From NCBI GenBank assembly GCA_009839485.1, contig VXPQ01000038.1, positions 9,153 through 73,152 of the forward strand: DNA of 64,000 nt. The letters are read 5' to 3'. The translations under genes were made by a program, and so were the position numbers. Of this stretch, positions 26,671 through 36,372 are shown in pieces. Each line of letters opens with the position of its first letter. Within the stretch, counting starts at the first letter, position 1. The notes below the pieces were generated by a model. It was not told the DNA's origin. It did no database searches and saw only the letters and a program-made list of their open reading frames with translations. Source of the DNA: Bacteroidetes bacterium SB0662_bin_6 (lineage in GTDB: Bacteria > Bacteroidota > Rhodothermia > Rhodothermales > VXPQ01).

Positions 26671-28218
26671 ATGCATACAGATGCCCGAACCCTGGAGGAC
26701 GGCGCCCTCATTGAAGGCGATCTCTGCATCGTCGGCGCCGGCGCCGCCGGCATCAGCATGGCGATGGAATGGATAGGAACGCCCTACACCGTAATTTTGC
26801 TTGAAGGCGGCGGGTTCAACTATGAACCGCAGATGCAGGCCCTCTATGCCGGCAAAAGCATTGGCGATCCGTATAAGGTGCCCCTGGAAGCCGCCCGGCT
26901 CCATTACTTTGGCGGCACCACCGGGCACTGGGGCGGCTGGTGTGCGCCCATGGATCCCATCGATTTCAAAAAACGCGACTGGGTGCCCCATAGCGGCTGG
27001 CCGTTCCAAAAAGAACATCTCGACCCGTTCTATGAACGTGCACAAGCCTATGTTGAACTGGGGCCTTATGTATACGACGTGGCCGACTATGAAGCCAGGT
27101 ATCCCTCGTGGAAACGGCTGCCATTCGACGAAGAAAAGATATGGACGAAGATGTGGCAGTTCAGTCCGCCAACACGATTCGGGACGCAGTACCGGGATAC
27201 GATTATCGATGCGGAAAACCTTCATCTTTACACCTACGCCAACGTCACGGAGATCGAAGCGAACGAGTCGGTACGGGCCGTGGCCGGATTGCGGGCGCAA
27301 ACCATCGACGGCAAGCGTCACCGTGTCCGGGCCCGGCATTACGTGCTGGCCTGCGGATCGATTCAGAATGCACGGATTCTGCTGGCCTCCAATGCGCAGG
27401 CGCCCGCCGGGCTGGGCAATGACCACGATCTGGTGGGACGCTTTTTCATGGAACACTTCGAGATGGGCGGAGCGCAGTTGATCCTGGAAAAGCCGGACCC
27501 TATGCCTATGTACGCGTTCCGATTGGGCGGGGAACGGCCGCCCAGTGGAGAACTGGCCCTGGCCGAGCAGGCTCAGCGGAAGCATCGTATTCTCAACGGC
27601 ACTGCCTCGCTCCGGCCGGGGACCTTTCCCGAAGAGATGAGGAGTTTTTTTCAGAGATTTTCGGACGACGACCTCAGGCAATGGATGCGCAGTGACGAAC
27701 AGGAAGGGGAACAGCCGCGGCGCCCACCCAACCGACCTGCTGCACCTGACGAGGGACGTCGTGATTATCAACTCCAGTCACGCGCCGAGCAAATGCCTAA
27801 TCCCGCCTCCCGCGTAGTGCTCAGTACCGAGAAGGATGCGCTGGGAATGCCCTATGCCGATTTGCACTGGAAACTGTCGGAGTTGGACAAAAGGTCGATG
27901 CGAATCTTTTTCGAAATGGTGGCGCATGAATTCGGCCGGACCGGGCAGGGGCGGGTTCAAATCCTGGATTGGTTGCTCGAAGACGATACCACCTGGCCAT
28001 CCTTTCTGGGTGGAGGGTTTCATCACATGGGCACCACGCGCATGCATGATGATCCCAGGCAAGGGGTGCTCGACGCCAACGCAAAGGTACATGGCATCGA
28101 GAATCTGTATGTAGCCGGCGCCTCGACTTTCCCGACTTCAGGGGCTCCGAATCCAACGTTGACGTTGATCGCTTTAAGCTTGCGATTGTCGGATCACCTC
28201 AAGCATACCATCGGGTAA
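26671..28218 (+). CDS. GMC family FAD-dependent oxidoreductase
   Basis: FAD-binding motif DLCIVGAGAAGISMA and C-terminal GMC signature GGFHHMGTTRM...NLYVAGASTFPTSG. Confidence 0.85.
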   Translation: MHTDARTLEDGALIEGDLCIVGAGAAGISMAMEWIGTPYTVILLEGGGFNYEPQMQALYAGKSIGDPYKVPLEAARLHYFGGTTGHWGGWCAPMDPIDFKKRDWVPHSGWPFQKEHLDPFYERAQAYVELGPYVYDVADYEARYPSWKRLPFDEEKIWTKMWQFSPPTRFGTQYRDTIIDAENLHLYTYANVTEIEANESVRAVAGLRAQTIDGKRHRVRARHYVLACGSIQNARILLASNAQAPAGLGNDHDLVGRFFMEHFEMGGAQLILEKPDPMPMYAFRLGGERPPSGELALAEQAQRKHRILNGTASLRPGTFPEEMRSFFQRFSDDDLRQWMRSDEQEGEQPRRPPNRPAAPDEGRRDYQLQSRAEQMPNPASRVVLSTEKDALGMPYADLHWKLSELDKRSMRIFFEMVAHEFGRTGQGRVQILDWLLEDDTTWPSFLGGGFHHMGTTRMHDDPRQGVLDANAKVHGIENLYVAGASTFPTSGAPNPTLTLIALSLRLSDHLKHTIG

Positions 28219-28299
28219 GGAGGGGGCGCTCCATGATGTGCAGGCGATGGTTGGCAGGTCACCAGAATGGTTACGAACCTCCGGCAGGCGCATTTCCGG

Positions 28300-28375
28300 T
28301 GGAGCCAACGACCGGACTTGAACCGGTGACCTGCTCATTACGAGTGAGCTGCTCTACCAACTGAGCTACGTTGGC
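28300..28375 (-). tRNA. tRNA-Thr (anticodon CGU), CCA encoded
   Basis: The reverse complement folds as a cloverleaf: acceptor gccaacg/cgttggc, D arm gctc-agttggta-gagc, anticodon arm gctca-CTCGTAA-tgagc, T arm accgg-ttcaagt-ccggt, discriminator t, then cca. Confidence 0.9.
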
Positions 28376-28538
28376 CGATTAATAGAGATAATAGATGCGC
28401 CGCTTGCGCCTGCGAAACGCGCCCCTCTCACGCATTACCTTCGGACTTGATCCCGGCATGATTCATATTGCCGACCGTCCCTGAGCACCTTCTGGAAAAC
28501 GCATCAGCCCTCATGAAACGCGATGGGTTTCCGGGCGT

Positions 28539-29963
28539 TTGCGTGTATCTTGCGTATATTTCGCCCCGTATCCCTGCATTTCATCGGACGTGCCCCTCTC
28601 CCCTGCCATAACAGATTGGAGTCCTGCGTCCTGGCGCGAGCGGCCTGCTGCGCAGCAAGCCACGTACCCCGATCAGGCCGCATTGTCCGAAGCGCTGGAG
28701 CAAGTACACAGTTTGCCCCCGCTTGTGACATCCTGGGAAATCCATGTGCTCAAGAAACAGATTGCGGAAGCGGCGCAAGGGCGGCGTTTTATCCTTCAGG
28801 GCGGCGAATGCGCAGAGCACTTCGACGAATGCAGTGCGCAGATTATCGCCAATCGTCTGAAGGTGCTCCTTCAGATGAGTCTCGTGTTGATCTTCGGGAT
28901 CCGGACCCGTGTGGTGCGGATAGGCCGCTTTGCGGGCCAGCATGCCAAGCCCCGCTCCGCCGATACGGAGACCCGCAATGGAGTAACGCTCCCAAGCTAC
29001 CGGGGCGACATCGTGAACGGCGCAGAGTTCACCCCCGAAGCGCGCGAACCGGATCCGAAGCGCATGCTGCGCGCTCATGCGCATTCCGCAATGACGCTGA
29101 ATCTCGTCCGGGCGCTCATCAATACGGGCTTTGCGGACCTCCACCATCCGGAATACTGGAACCTTGATTTCATCCGCCGCACGCCCCTGGAAAAGGAATA
29201 CCGGCAGATTCTGGAATCCATTCGCGAGACCGTTTCATTCATTGAAACCGTCTCGGGCAACCCGCTTCACAGTCTGGAGCGCACCCAGTTCTTCACCAGC
29301 CACGAAGCATTGCACCTGCCGTACGAAGAAGCCTTTACGCGCAGCGTGCCGCACAATGAAGGCATATTCAATCTGGCGACCCACTTCCCGTGGATCGGCG
29401 CCAGAACGTCGGACTACGAGGGAGCGCACATCGAATACGCAAGGGGGCTTGTCAATCCCATCGGCCTGAAAGTCAGCCCCTTCATGTCGCCGGAGGATCT
29501 GGTGCGCATCGTACGCATCCTGAATCCCGAAAACGACCCCGGCCGACTCGTGCTCATTCATCGTCTGGGCGCCGGCTGCATTGCCGATCTCCTGCCTTCC
29601 CTGATCCGGGCCGTGAAGGCTTCGGGGACGCCCGTGTTGTGGATGAGCGATCCCATGCACGGAAACACCGAGTTGACGGAGACAGGCATCAAGACCCGGC
29701 GTTTCGAAAACATCCTGGACGAACTCGAACAGGCATTCGATATCCATGCTGCGGAGGACTCGCATCTCGGCGGCGTACATTTCGAACTCGCGGGAGAAGA
29801 CGTTACCGAATGCACGGGCGGCGCAGGAGGCCTGGAAGACACGGATCTGGCGCGGGCCTACAAATCGCAAGTGGACCCGCGGCTGAATTATGAACAAGCG
29901 CTGGAAATGGCCTTTCTCATCGTGAGAAAGAAAAATCGCATGGAAAACAATTCGGCCCAATGA
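28539..29963 (+). CDS. Class II 3-deoxy-7-phosphoheptulonate (DAHP) synthase
   Basis: N-terminus WSPASWRERPAAQQATYPD, LPPLVTSWE, IGRFAGQHAKPRS, SYRGDIVNG and HMSDPMHGNT-type (WMSDPMHGNT) motifs are typical of plant/actinobacterial-type AroA(II). The start is uncertain; GTG at 28590 is possible. Confidence 0.85.
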   Translation: MRVSCVYFAPYPCISSDVPLSPAITDWSPASWRERPAAQQATYPDQAALSEALEQVHSLPPLVTSWEIHVLKKQIAEAAQGRRFILQGGECAEHFDECSAQIIANRLKVLLQMSLVLIFGIRTRVVRIGRFAGQHAKPRSADTETRNGVTLPSYRGDIVNGAEFTPEAREPDPKRMLRAHAHSAMTLNLVRALINTGFADLHHPEYWNLDFIRRTPLEKEYRQILESIRETVSFIETVSGNPLHSLERTQFFTSHEALHLPYEEAFTRSVPHNEGIFNLATHFPWIGARTSDYEGAHIEYARGLVNPIGLKVSPFMSPEDLVRIVRILNPENDPGRLVLIHRLGAGCIADLLPSLIRAVKASGTPVLWMSDPMHGNTELTETGIKTRRFENILDELEQAFDIHAAEDSHLGGVHFELAGEDVTECTGGAGGLEDTDLARAYKSQVDPRLNYEQALEMAFLIVRKKNRMENNSAQ

Positions 29964-32224
29964 TCGCACCTCTGCCACGGAACGTTTGTATCCTTCTCGG
30001 GCTTATCGGGTGCGCGCTATTGTTCATGCCAGACCGTGTCCATGCGCAGCAGTATGCCGCCGTACGCGGATTCGTCACCGCGCTGGACGATGGGCAACCG
30101 CTCCAAGGCGTACACGTCATCCTGACCCGGGACGACACCGTGCTTGGCGGGGTAACCGATCCGGACGGAATATACCTGATCGGCCGCGTCCCGGAAGGGC
30201 GGTACATACTACAGGCCTCCTTCATCGGATTCGAAACGTTTACGGATACCCTCGATCTCGCGGCGGGCGATTCGCGGCACCTCGACATCGCACTGGCCGG
30301 GCAACAAGCCGAAATAGACGAGGTCGTCGTCGAGGCCGAACGGGAAACCGGCGCCGCCCGCGTGACCGCGGGCCAGCAACGAGTGCTTCCGCAGGACATC
30401 GAATTGATCCCTTCGCCCAGCGTTTCCGGCGATCTCGTCAACTACCTCGCCGCCCAACCCGGCGTGGTATCCATGGGAGACCGCGGAGGACAGGTCTTCA
30501 TCCGGGGCGGGGAGCCCTCCCAGAACCTTACGCTGCTCGACGGCATGTACATCTACCAGCCGTTCCACCTGCTGGGGTTCTATTCGGCGTTTCCGTCGGA
30601 CATCATCAATAACGCGGATATCTACGCAGGCGGATTCGGCGCAGAATTTTCCGGACGTCTTTCCTCCGTGATCGACGTGCAAACGCGCAACGGTAACAAA
30701 CGAAACTACGAAACGGGCATTGCGCTGACGCCCTTCGTCAATTCCCTCCGGCTCGAGGGACCGCTTGTAGGAAATATTTCATTCCTTGGATCGGCCCGCA
30801 TCTCGACGCTTGAAGAAGTGGCGTCCCTCTATGTGGCGGACGACCTGCCCTACCGGTTCGGCGACCTGTTCGGCAAGGTCCACATCCCCATCGCACGGAA
30901 TCACCAGACCTCCGTTTCGTCGGTGCATACGTTCGACCGGGGCACGTTGGCGGAACCGAATCTCTTCAGTTCCAATAACGAGATTCGCTGGAAAAACACC
31001 GCGCTCGGCGTGCGGCACCTCGTGCTCCCCAGAGCGCTTCCCATCCTCGGCGAAGCCATGTTTTCCTGGTCGCGCCTCCAGACGGAATTCGGGCCGAGCG
31101 AAGAACCGTCGCGAACCACCGATGTGGACAATTACAACCTCGAGGTCAATTTCACCAACTTCGGGCAACGCGTCGAAGTGGGATGGGGATTCTTCGTGCG
31201 CAATGTGGAACTCACGGCGGACCTCGGAGGAACCTACCAGAATATCGTGGACAATTTTGTCCGCTCGACCAATGCAGGCGGCTGGGCGGAACCGGAATTC
31301 GACTTTGGAAACGGCCTCCGGCTGCGGGCCGGCGCCGTCGCGCAGTTTTTCGGCAATTCAGGCTTCTTCGTGGAGCCGCGTATCCGGGGCGTCTTCGAAC
31401 GGGGCAGGCACCAGTGGAGCATGGCCGGCGGTATCTACCGGCAAAACATCATCGGATTAAGCGACCGGCGCGACGCCGCCAGTATCTTTACGGCTTGGGC
31501 AGAGGCGCCGACCGGAGAAGTTCCGTTTGCGCTGCACGGCCTTGCCGGATACCGGATCACACTGTCTTCGTCGCTCGAAATCTCGGCGGAAGCATTCTAC
31601 AAGAATCTCCGCAACCTGTTTATTGCGGAATGGACCTCCTTCCCTCGTTTCACGACGCGGCTTCAGCCGGCGGACGGCCAGGTCGGGGGTATGGATCTGC
31701 GGGTGGAGTTCCGCCGCCCCAACTTCTACGCCTTCCTCAACTACGGCTACTCCTCGACCCGGTACGACGCTATGCAGGAATCACTGCCTGTATGGTTCGG
31801 CACCGACCGGCTCTCCTTCCGCCCGCCGCACGACCGGCGCCACCAGTTCAACCTGATCCTGAGCGGTTCCGTATACGGATTCGACATGAGCGCCCGCTGG
31901 AATATCGGATCGGGTCTTCCCTATACCCGGGTCCGTGCTTTCGACGGATTCATCCTGATGGACGGGGTGGTGGATGTGGAAAGGATCCAGGGCTTTCCGC
32001 GCGTGATCTATGATCGGCCCTTCGAAGGCGTGCTCCCTGCATACCACCGGCTCGATGTAACGATCGAGCGGCAAATGTCCGCAGGTTCGGCGGACATCAC
32101 CGTACAGATCGGCGCCATCAACACCTACAACCGGCCCAATCTTTTTGCTCTGGATCTTTTCACCCTGCAAAGAACCGACCAGCTCCCCTTCGTTCCCACC
32201 GCGGGCATCGAGATCGAATTCTGA
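29960..32224 (+). CDS. TonB-dependent-receptor-like outer-membrane protein with CarboxypepD_reg N-domain
   Basis: Signal peptide, then VRGFVTALDDGQPLQGVHVIL...GRYILQASFIGFETF (carboxypeptidase-regulatory-like fold). A plug-like segment follows (VFIRGGEPSQNLTLLDGMYIYQPFH), then a long beta-barrel ending ...TAGIEIEF. The ATG overlaps the DAHP synthase stop (ATGA). Confidence 0.75.
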   Translation: MIAPLPRNVCILLGLIGCALLFMPDRVHAQQYAAVRGFVTALDDGQPLQGVHVILTRDDTVLGGVTDPDGIYLIGRVPEGRYILQASFIGFETFTDTLDLAAGDSRHLDIALAGQQAEIDEVVVEAERETGAARVTAGQQRVLPQDIELIPSPSVSGDLVNYLAAQPGVVSMGDRGGQVFIRGGEPSQNLTLLDGMYIYQPFHLLGFYSAFPSDIINNADIYAGGFGAEFSGRLSSVIDVQTRNGNKRNYETGIALTPFVNSLRLEGPLVGNISFLGSARISTLEEVASLYVADDLPYRFGDLFGKVHIPIARNHQTSVSSVHTFDRGTLAEPNLFSSNNEIRWKNTALGVRHLVLPRALPILGEAMFSWSRLQTEFGPSEEPSRTTDVDNYNLEVNFTNFGQRVEVGWGFFVRNVELTADLGGTYQNIVDNFVRSTNAGGWAEPEFDFGNGLRLRAGAVAQFFGNSGFFVEPRIRGVFERGRHQWSMAGGIYRQNIIGLSDRRDAASIFTAWAEAPTGEVPFALHGLAGYRITLSSSLEISAEAFYKNLRNLFIAEWTSFPRFTTRLQPADGQVGGMDLRVEFRRPNFYAFLNYGYSSTRYDAMQESLPVWFGTDRLSFRPPHDRRHQFNLILSGSVYGFDMSARWNIGSGLPYTRVRAFDGFILMDGVVDVERIQGFPRVIYDRPFEGVLPAYHRLDVTIERQMSAGSADITVQIGAINTYNRPNLFALDLFTLQRTDQLPFVPTAGIEIEF

Positions 32225-32226
32225 TT

Positions 32227-33252
32227 ATGCGCCTTGCATCCCTTCGAAATACAACGCTTGGCATCCTGATTGCCGCCGCTTTTCTCGCCTCCTGCGAAAG
32301 CGCGGTCAACCCACTGATCGGCGAACCACGCCCGTTCACGATCTGGGGGCTTCTGGACGCCGCGGCAGACACCCAGCGCGTGCGCATCTTTTCTATCGAA
32401 GGAGAGCCCGGCATCGACCGCCCTGGCACGCTGGATGCTTCCGTAACCACTACGAACCTTGAAACCGGAGAAACGTTCGTCTGGAGGCCCTACCAGGTAA
32501 CGTACGGCGATAGCGTTACGGCGCATCTCTTCGAAGCAGTATTTCGCCCTGTACATGGACACCGGTACCGTCTCGACGTCACCCGCTCGGACGGCGCCGT
32601 ATCCACCGCCACGGTGAAAGTACCGCCCGAAGTGGATTTTACCATCGAACGCTCGGACTTAAGCCCGAGAATACATGTCTACGTACGAGGAAATCCTCTT
32701 CCCAACCTGCTGGGGGTCGAGATGCGGTACGAAGCCACCAACGTACCCCCCGCCCAGGTCTGGCCCACCGACCTGAAGCTCCATCCGGTCGTGAATTACC
32801 CGGTGGAAGTGTCCTATCAGGGGACAGAGCAAAGAGCGCCCGGCGTCGTACGGTACGACATCAACATGACAGACGATTTTGCAATCGTGGAGGAGGTATA
32901 CAAAAGCAGATGTCTGGTGACCGAAGGCAACCCCAATATCGCCCTGCGCCGCGTCGAGTTTCATTTTGTAGCGGCGAACGAAGAATGGAGTCCTCCGGGG
33001 GGCATATTCGATCCTGAGGTGCTCGTCGAACCCGGCACCCTTTCCAACATCGAAAACGGATACGGCTTCTTCGGCGCCGGCGTGGTGGTCGCCGAACGGT
33101 GGACCCCTGTGAAAGGCCTGCGGGACTTCATCGGATACAGTTCGGAGCAGGGATGCTCTCTGGTGCCGAGCGCCACCAACCCGTCATGCACTTCTCCGCC
33201 CGTTCCGTGCCTCGACGATTTCAGCGAGGATATCTGGGGCCTCTATTTTTGA
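32227..33252 (+). CDS. Lipoprotein, DUF4249-like partner of the receptor
   Basis: Lipobox AAAFLASCES. It starts 2 nt after the receptor stop. This position and size match the DUF4249 lipoproteins that follow CarboxypepD_reg receptors (recalled, not searched). Confidence 0.5.
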   Translation: MRLASLRNTTLGILIAAAFLASCESAVNPLIGEPRPFTIWGLLDAAADTQRVRIFSIEGEPGIDRPGTLDASVTTTNLETGETFVWRPYQVTYGDSVTAHLFEAVFRPVHGHRYRLDVTRSDGAVSTATVKVPPEVDFTIERSDLSPRIHVYVRGNPLPNLLGVEMRYEATNVPPAQVWPTDLKLHPVVNYPVEVSYQGTEQRAPGVVRYDINMTDDFAIVEEVYKSRCLVTEGNPNIALRRVEFHFVAANEEWSPPGGIFDPEVLVEPGTLSNIENGYGFFGAGVVVAERWTPVKGLRDFIGYSSEQGCSLVPSATNPSCTSPPVPCLDDFSEDIWGLYF

Positions 33253-34400
33253 AACTCCAGAGAAGCATCAGGTTGGACTGACTCGCCCACCTGCTCTATC
33301 CATCCGCCGCCCACCACATCGTCGCCCTCGTACAGCACCACGGACTGCCCGCGCGTAATAGCCTGACGCGGCGCGGCAAAAGCCACGTGGAGTTCATCCG
33401 GCCCTTCCTGCCGGACCATGCCGGGCACCCCCGGATCGTTGTAACGAATCTTCACGTCCACCGGCAGTTCGTCGTCAAGATGTTCGTACTTCACGAGATT
33501 GATCTGCCGGGCCGTGAGCGCACCGCGGAATAACTCGTCGCGCGCACCCAGGACAATGGTATTCGTTTCGGCGTCGATATCGATCACATACGCCGGATAC
33601 CCGAGCGCCACGCCAAGACCCCGGCGCTGTCCGACCGTGTAAAACGGATACCCCTCATGCCTCCCGACGACAGTCCCGTCCGAGGTGACGAACAACCCTC
33701 CCGACACGTCCTCCGCCAACCCCTCTACGCGGTCTTTCAGGAACCGCCGGTAATCATTGTCCGGGATAAAACATATCTCGTAGGAATCGGGCTTATCCGC
33801 CACGCGGTCCAGCCCGTACGCAGCAGCCATCTCCCGGATGGCCGGCTTCTCGAATACGCCCAGGGGCAGCATGGTGCGGGCCAGATGCTCCTGGGACACC
33901 CCCCACAAGGCATAACTCTGATCCTTGCGGGCATCGCGGCCCTTCATCAGTACGATCCGGCCCGTGGCTTCTTCGCGCCGGAGCCGGGCGTAATGCCCCG
34001 TAGCAATGTAGTCGCAGTCCAGCTGGTCTGCCCGGCGCATCAGCGCCGCCCACTTTATATGCGTATTGCACAATACACACGGATTGGGCGTGCGACCGGC
34101 GAGATATTCGCCGGTGAACCGCTCGATCACCCAATCGCCGAATTCCTCGCGGATGTCTACGATAAAATGCGCAAAGCCATACTTCACGGCGACGGAGCGT
34201 GCATCGTTCATGGATTCGAGCGTGCAACACCCTACTTCCTTGCCCCCATGCTTTCCGGTACGCCCGCCGCTGCGCGCGTAATCCCATGTCTTCATGGTGA
34301 CGCCGACCACCTCGTATCCCTGCTCGTGCAGCATGACCGCCGCAACCGACGAATCCACGCCGCCGCTCATGGCCACCAGTACCCGTCCCTTCCTGTTCAT
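33243..34400 (-). CDS. mnmA: tRNA 2-thiouridine(34) synthase MnmA
   Basis: PP-loop VLVAMSGGVDSSVAA. Also contains CCTLESMNDA, NPCVLCN and the catalytic Cys context. Confidence 0.92.
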   Translation of the reverse strand: MNRKGRVLVAMSGGVDSSVAAVMLHEQGYEVVGVTMKTWDYARSGGRTGKHGGKEVGCCTLESMNDARSVAVKYGFAHFIVDIREEFGDWVIERFTGEYLAGRTPNPCVLCNTHIKWAALMRRADQLDCDYIATGHYARLRREEATGRIVLMKGRDARKDQSYALWGVSQEHLARTMLPLGVFEKPAIREMAAAYGLDRVADKPDSYEICFIPDNDYRRFLKDRVEGLAEDVSGGLFVTSDGTVVGRHEGYPFYTVGQRRGLGVALGYPAYVIDIDAETNTIVLGARDELFRGALTARQINLVKYEHLDDELPVDVKIRYNDPGVPGMVRQEGPDELHVAFAAPRQAITRGQSVVLYEGDDVVGGGWIEQVGESVQPDASLEFQK

Positions 34401-34416
34401 GGTTTGTCCTATGCTG

Positions 34417-35244
34417 CTACAATACGTGCTTCGACCACCCGCCGTCCACGGGAAACCCTGTGCCGGTTATGTACGCGGCCCGCTTGCTTACCAGAAAAGC
34501 CGCTGCCGCCGCAAACTCCTCCGGTTCCGCAATGCGCCGCAGGGCATTGTTTTCGGCCCATCCGGCCTCGATCTCTTCGACAGGAGTCCCTGATGTCGAG
34601 GCAAGGTGCGCCGCCAGTTCCTTCAACCGTTCCGTACGCGTATACCCCGGCAAAATGGTATTGACCGTAATACCCGCCGGACCCAATTCCTCCGAAAGGG
34701 TCTTTGCAAAGCCTTGTACCCCGGCGCGGGTCGCATTCGAAAGGTACAGGCTGGGAATTGGGCGTTTGGCTGAAATCGACGTGATCATCAGAATGCTGGC
34801 ATGCGGATCATCGGCCGCCGCAGCCGCCCGCAAATGCGGCAGCGCCGCCCGGCACAACTGGATAGTGCTTACCAGATTCAACTCAATCGCCGCACGCCAC
34901 GTTTCGAGGGACAAATCGTCGATATAGCCCGGGGGCGGCCCGCCGGCGTTCGTCACCAGGATATGCAGCCCGCCGAAATGCGCGCAAGTCCGCTCGATCG
35001 CATCGTCCACATCACGTTCTTTCGTCACGTCACACGCAAGCGGAAGAATACGTTCCCGATCGACGCCGGCTTCCTGCGCCACACGGTCGGCAGCCGCTGC
35101 AATACGCCCCTTATTCCGGGAACAGATCGCTACGCGAGCCCCTTCTCCGGCAAGCGCGACAGCCACGGCACGCCCCAGCCCGCTGCTGGCGCCGGCTATA
35201 AATGCGATCCGTCCTTCGATACCCAGGTCCATGGTCTTTGACAA
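34417..35244 (-). CDS. SDR family oxidoreductase
   Basis: Contains TGxxxGxG-like IAGASSGLGRAVA, NAGG, and the catalytic region S...YxxxK context (YLSNATRAG). Confidence 0.8.
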   Translation of the reverse strand: MSKTMDLGIEGRIAFIAGASSGLGRAVAVALAGEGARVAICSRNKGRIAAAADRVAQEAGVDRERILPLACDVTKERDVDDAIERTCAHFGGLHILVTNAGGPPPGYIDDLSLETWRAAIELNLVSTIQLCRAALPHLRAAAAADDPHASILMITSISAKRPIPSLYLSNATRAGVQGFAKTLSEELGPAGITVNTILPGYTRTERLKELAAHLASTSGTPVEEIEAGWAENNALRRIAEPEEFAAAAAFLVSKRAAYITGTGFPVDGGWSKHVL

Positions 35245-35316
35245 ATATTCGCTTGTGAAAACCGATACAATTACGAAAGTTAGGGATACTCCTCATTTTT
35301 TAACAGCAGCGGCTCC

Positions 35317-35724
35317 ATGACCCACCACAACTCCGACCAATCGACATCCCGTCGCGCCGTCAAGACGCCGCTGGCTCCGGCAGCCATAGGCCCTTACAAT
35401 CAGGGCATTCTCGCCGGAAACACCCTCTATTGCTCCGGACAGCTGGGAATCGATCCCGAAACGGGGAGCATGGTGTCCGGCGGTGCAGAGGCCGAAACGG
35501 AACGCGTACTGCAAAACCTCGGCGCCGTGCTCAAAGCCGCACAAATGGATTACAGAAATGTCGTTCGGTGCACGGTGTTCCTGGCGGACATCAACGACTA
35601 TGGAATCGTAAACGATGTATACGCCCGGTATTTTTCGGAACGCCCCCCTGCCCGGGAAGCAGTGGAAGTTGCCGCACTTCCGAGGGGCGCCCGGGTGGAA
35701 ATCTCCTGTATCGCGGTCCGTTAG
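35317..35724 (+). CDS. RidA/YjgF family reactive-intermediate deaminase
   Basis: 135 aa with APAAIGPYNQG...LYCSGQLGIDPETG...ARVEISCIA, typical of RidA. Confidence 0.88.
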   Translation: MTHHNSDQSTSRRAVKTPLAPAAIGPYNQGILAGNTLYCSGQLGIDPETGSMVSGGAEAETERVLQNLGAVLKAAQMDYRNVVRCTVFLADINDYGIVNDVYARYFSERPPAREAVEVAALPRGARVEISCIAVR

Positions 35725-35756
35725 CCCTGATTTCGGGGTTGTCTGCCCGCCGGGCC

Positions 35757-36305
35757 CTACGCGTTGAACCGGAGCACAGATCCGATCACCGCATCGCTTT
35801 CGAGGCGCTCCCGGCCTGAGAGGTAATCCAGCTCGACAAGGAATGAAAATCCGGCAAGCTCGCCGCCGGCCTCCCGGATCAGTTTCGCCGTCGCCGCCGC
35901 CGTGCCGCCCGTAGCGATTACATCGTCATGGATAAGAATTCGGTCTCCCTCCGAAATGGCGTCCATGTGCATCTCGACACAATCCGTGCCATACTCCAGA
36001 TCGTATTCCATTCGGTACGTCCGCCAGGGCAGTTTGCCCTGTTTTCGAATGGGGACAAACCCTGCATCGAGTTCCTCGGCCAGAGATAATCCAAACAGGA
36101 AGCCGCGGGCTTCGATCCCCGCTACCTTTGTGACGCCGGCATCCCGAAAAGGCTCTGCGAGCGCCTCGACAGCCTCTCGAAACAGGACGGGGTCCAGCAA
36201 AATCGGCGTGACATCCTTGAATGCAATCCCCGGTTGAGGAAAATCCGGCACGGTGCGAATCGCATCATGCAAGGACTGTACAGACGTTTCGGCGGAAAAA
36301 TGCAT
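35757..36305 (-). CDS. apt: Adenine phosphoribosyltransferase
   Basis: Contains IRTVPDFPQPGIAFKDVTPIL and the PRPP motif ILIHDDVIATGGTA. Start trimmed to the ATG at 36305. Confidence 0.9.
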   Translation of the reverse strand: MHFSAETSVQSLHDAIRTVPDFPQPGIAFKDVTPILLDPVLFREAVEALAEPFRDAGVTKVAGIEARGFLFGLSLAEELDAGFVPIRKQGKLPWRTYRMEYDLEYGTDCVEMHMDAISEGDRILIHDDVIATGGTAAATAKLIREAGGELAGFSFLVELDYLSGRERLESDAVIGSVLRFNA

Positions 36306-36372
36306 TCGAAAGAAAATTGAAAAACGGAAAACGAACTGCACGGCCGAATGGAAATTCTTCCGTCCGGGCGCA

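Noticed and set aside
26662-27771. 369-aa minus-strand ORF
   Set aside because: It is antisense to the GMC oxidoreductase, which has clear FAD-binding and C-terminal signatures.
35281-35296. gggatactcctcatt as another copy of the GGATACTCTGAT terminus
   Set aside because: Only the first 9-10 nt match and the remainder diverges. It is too short to distinguish from chance without a genome-wide model.
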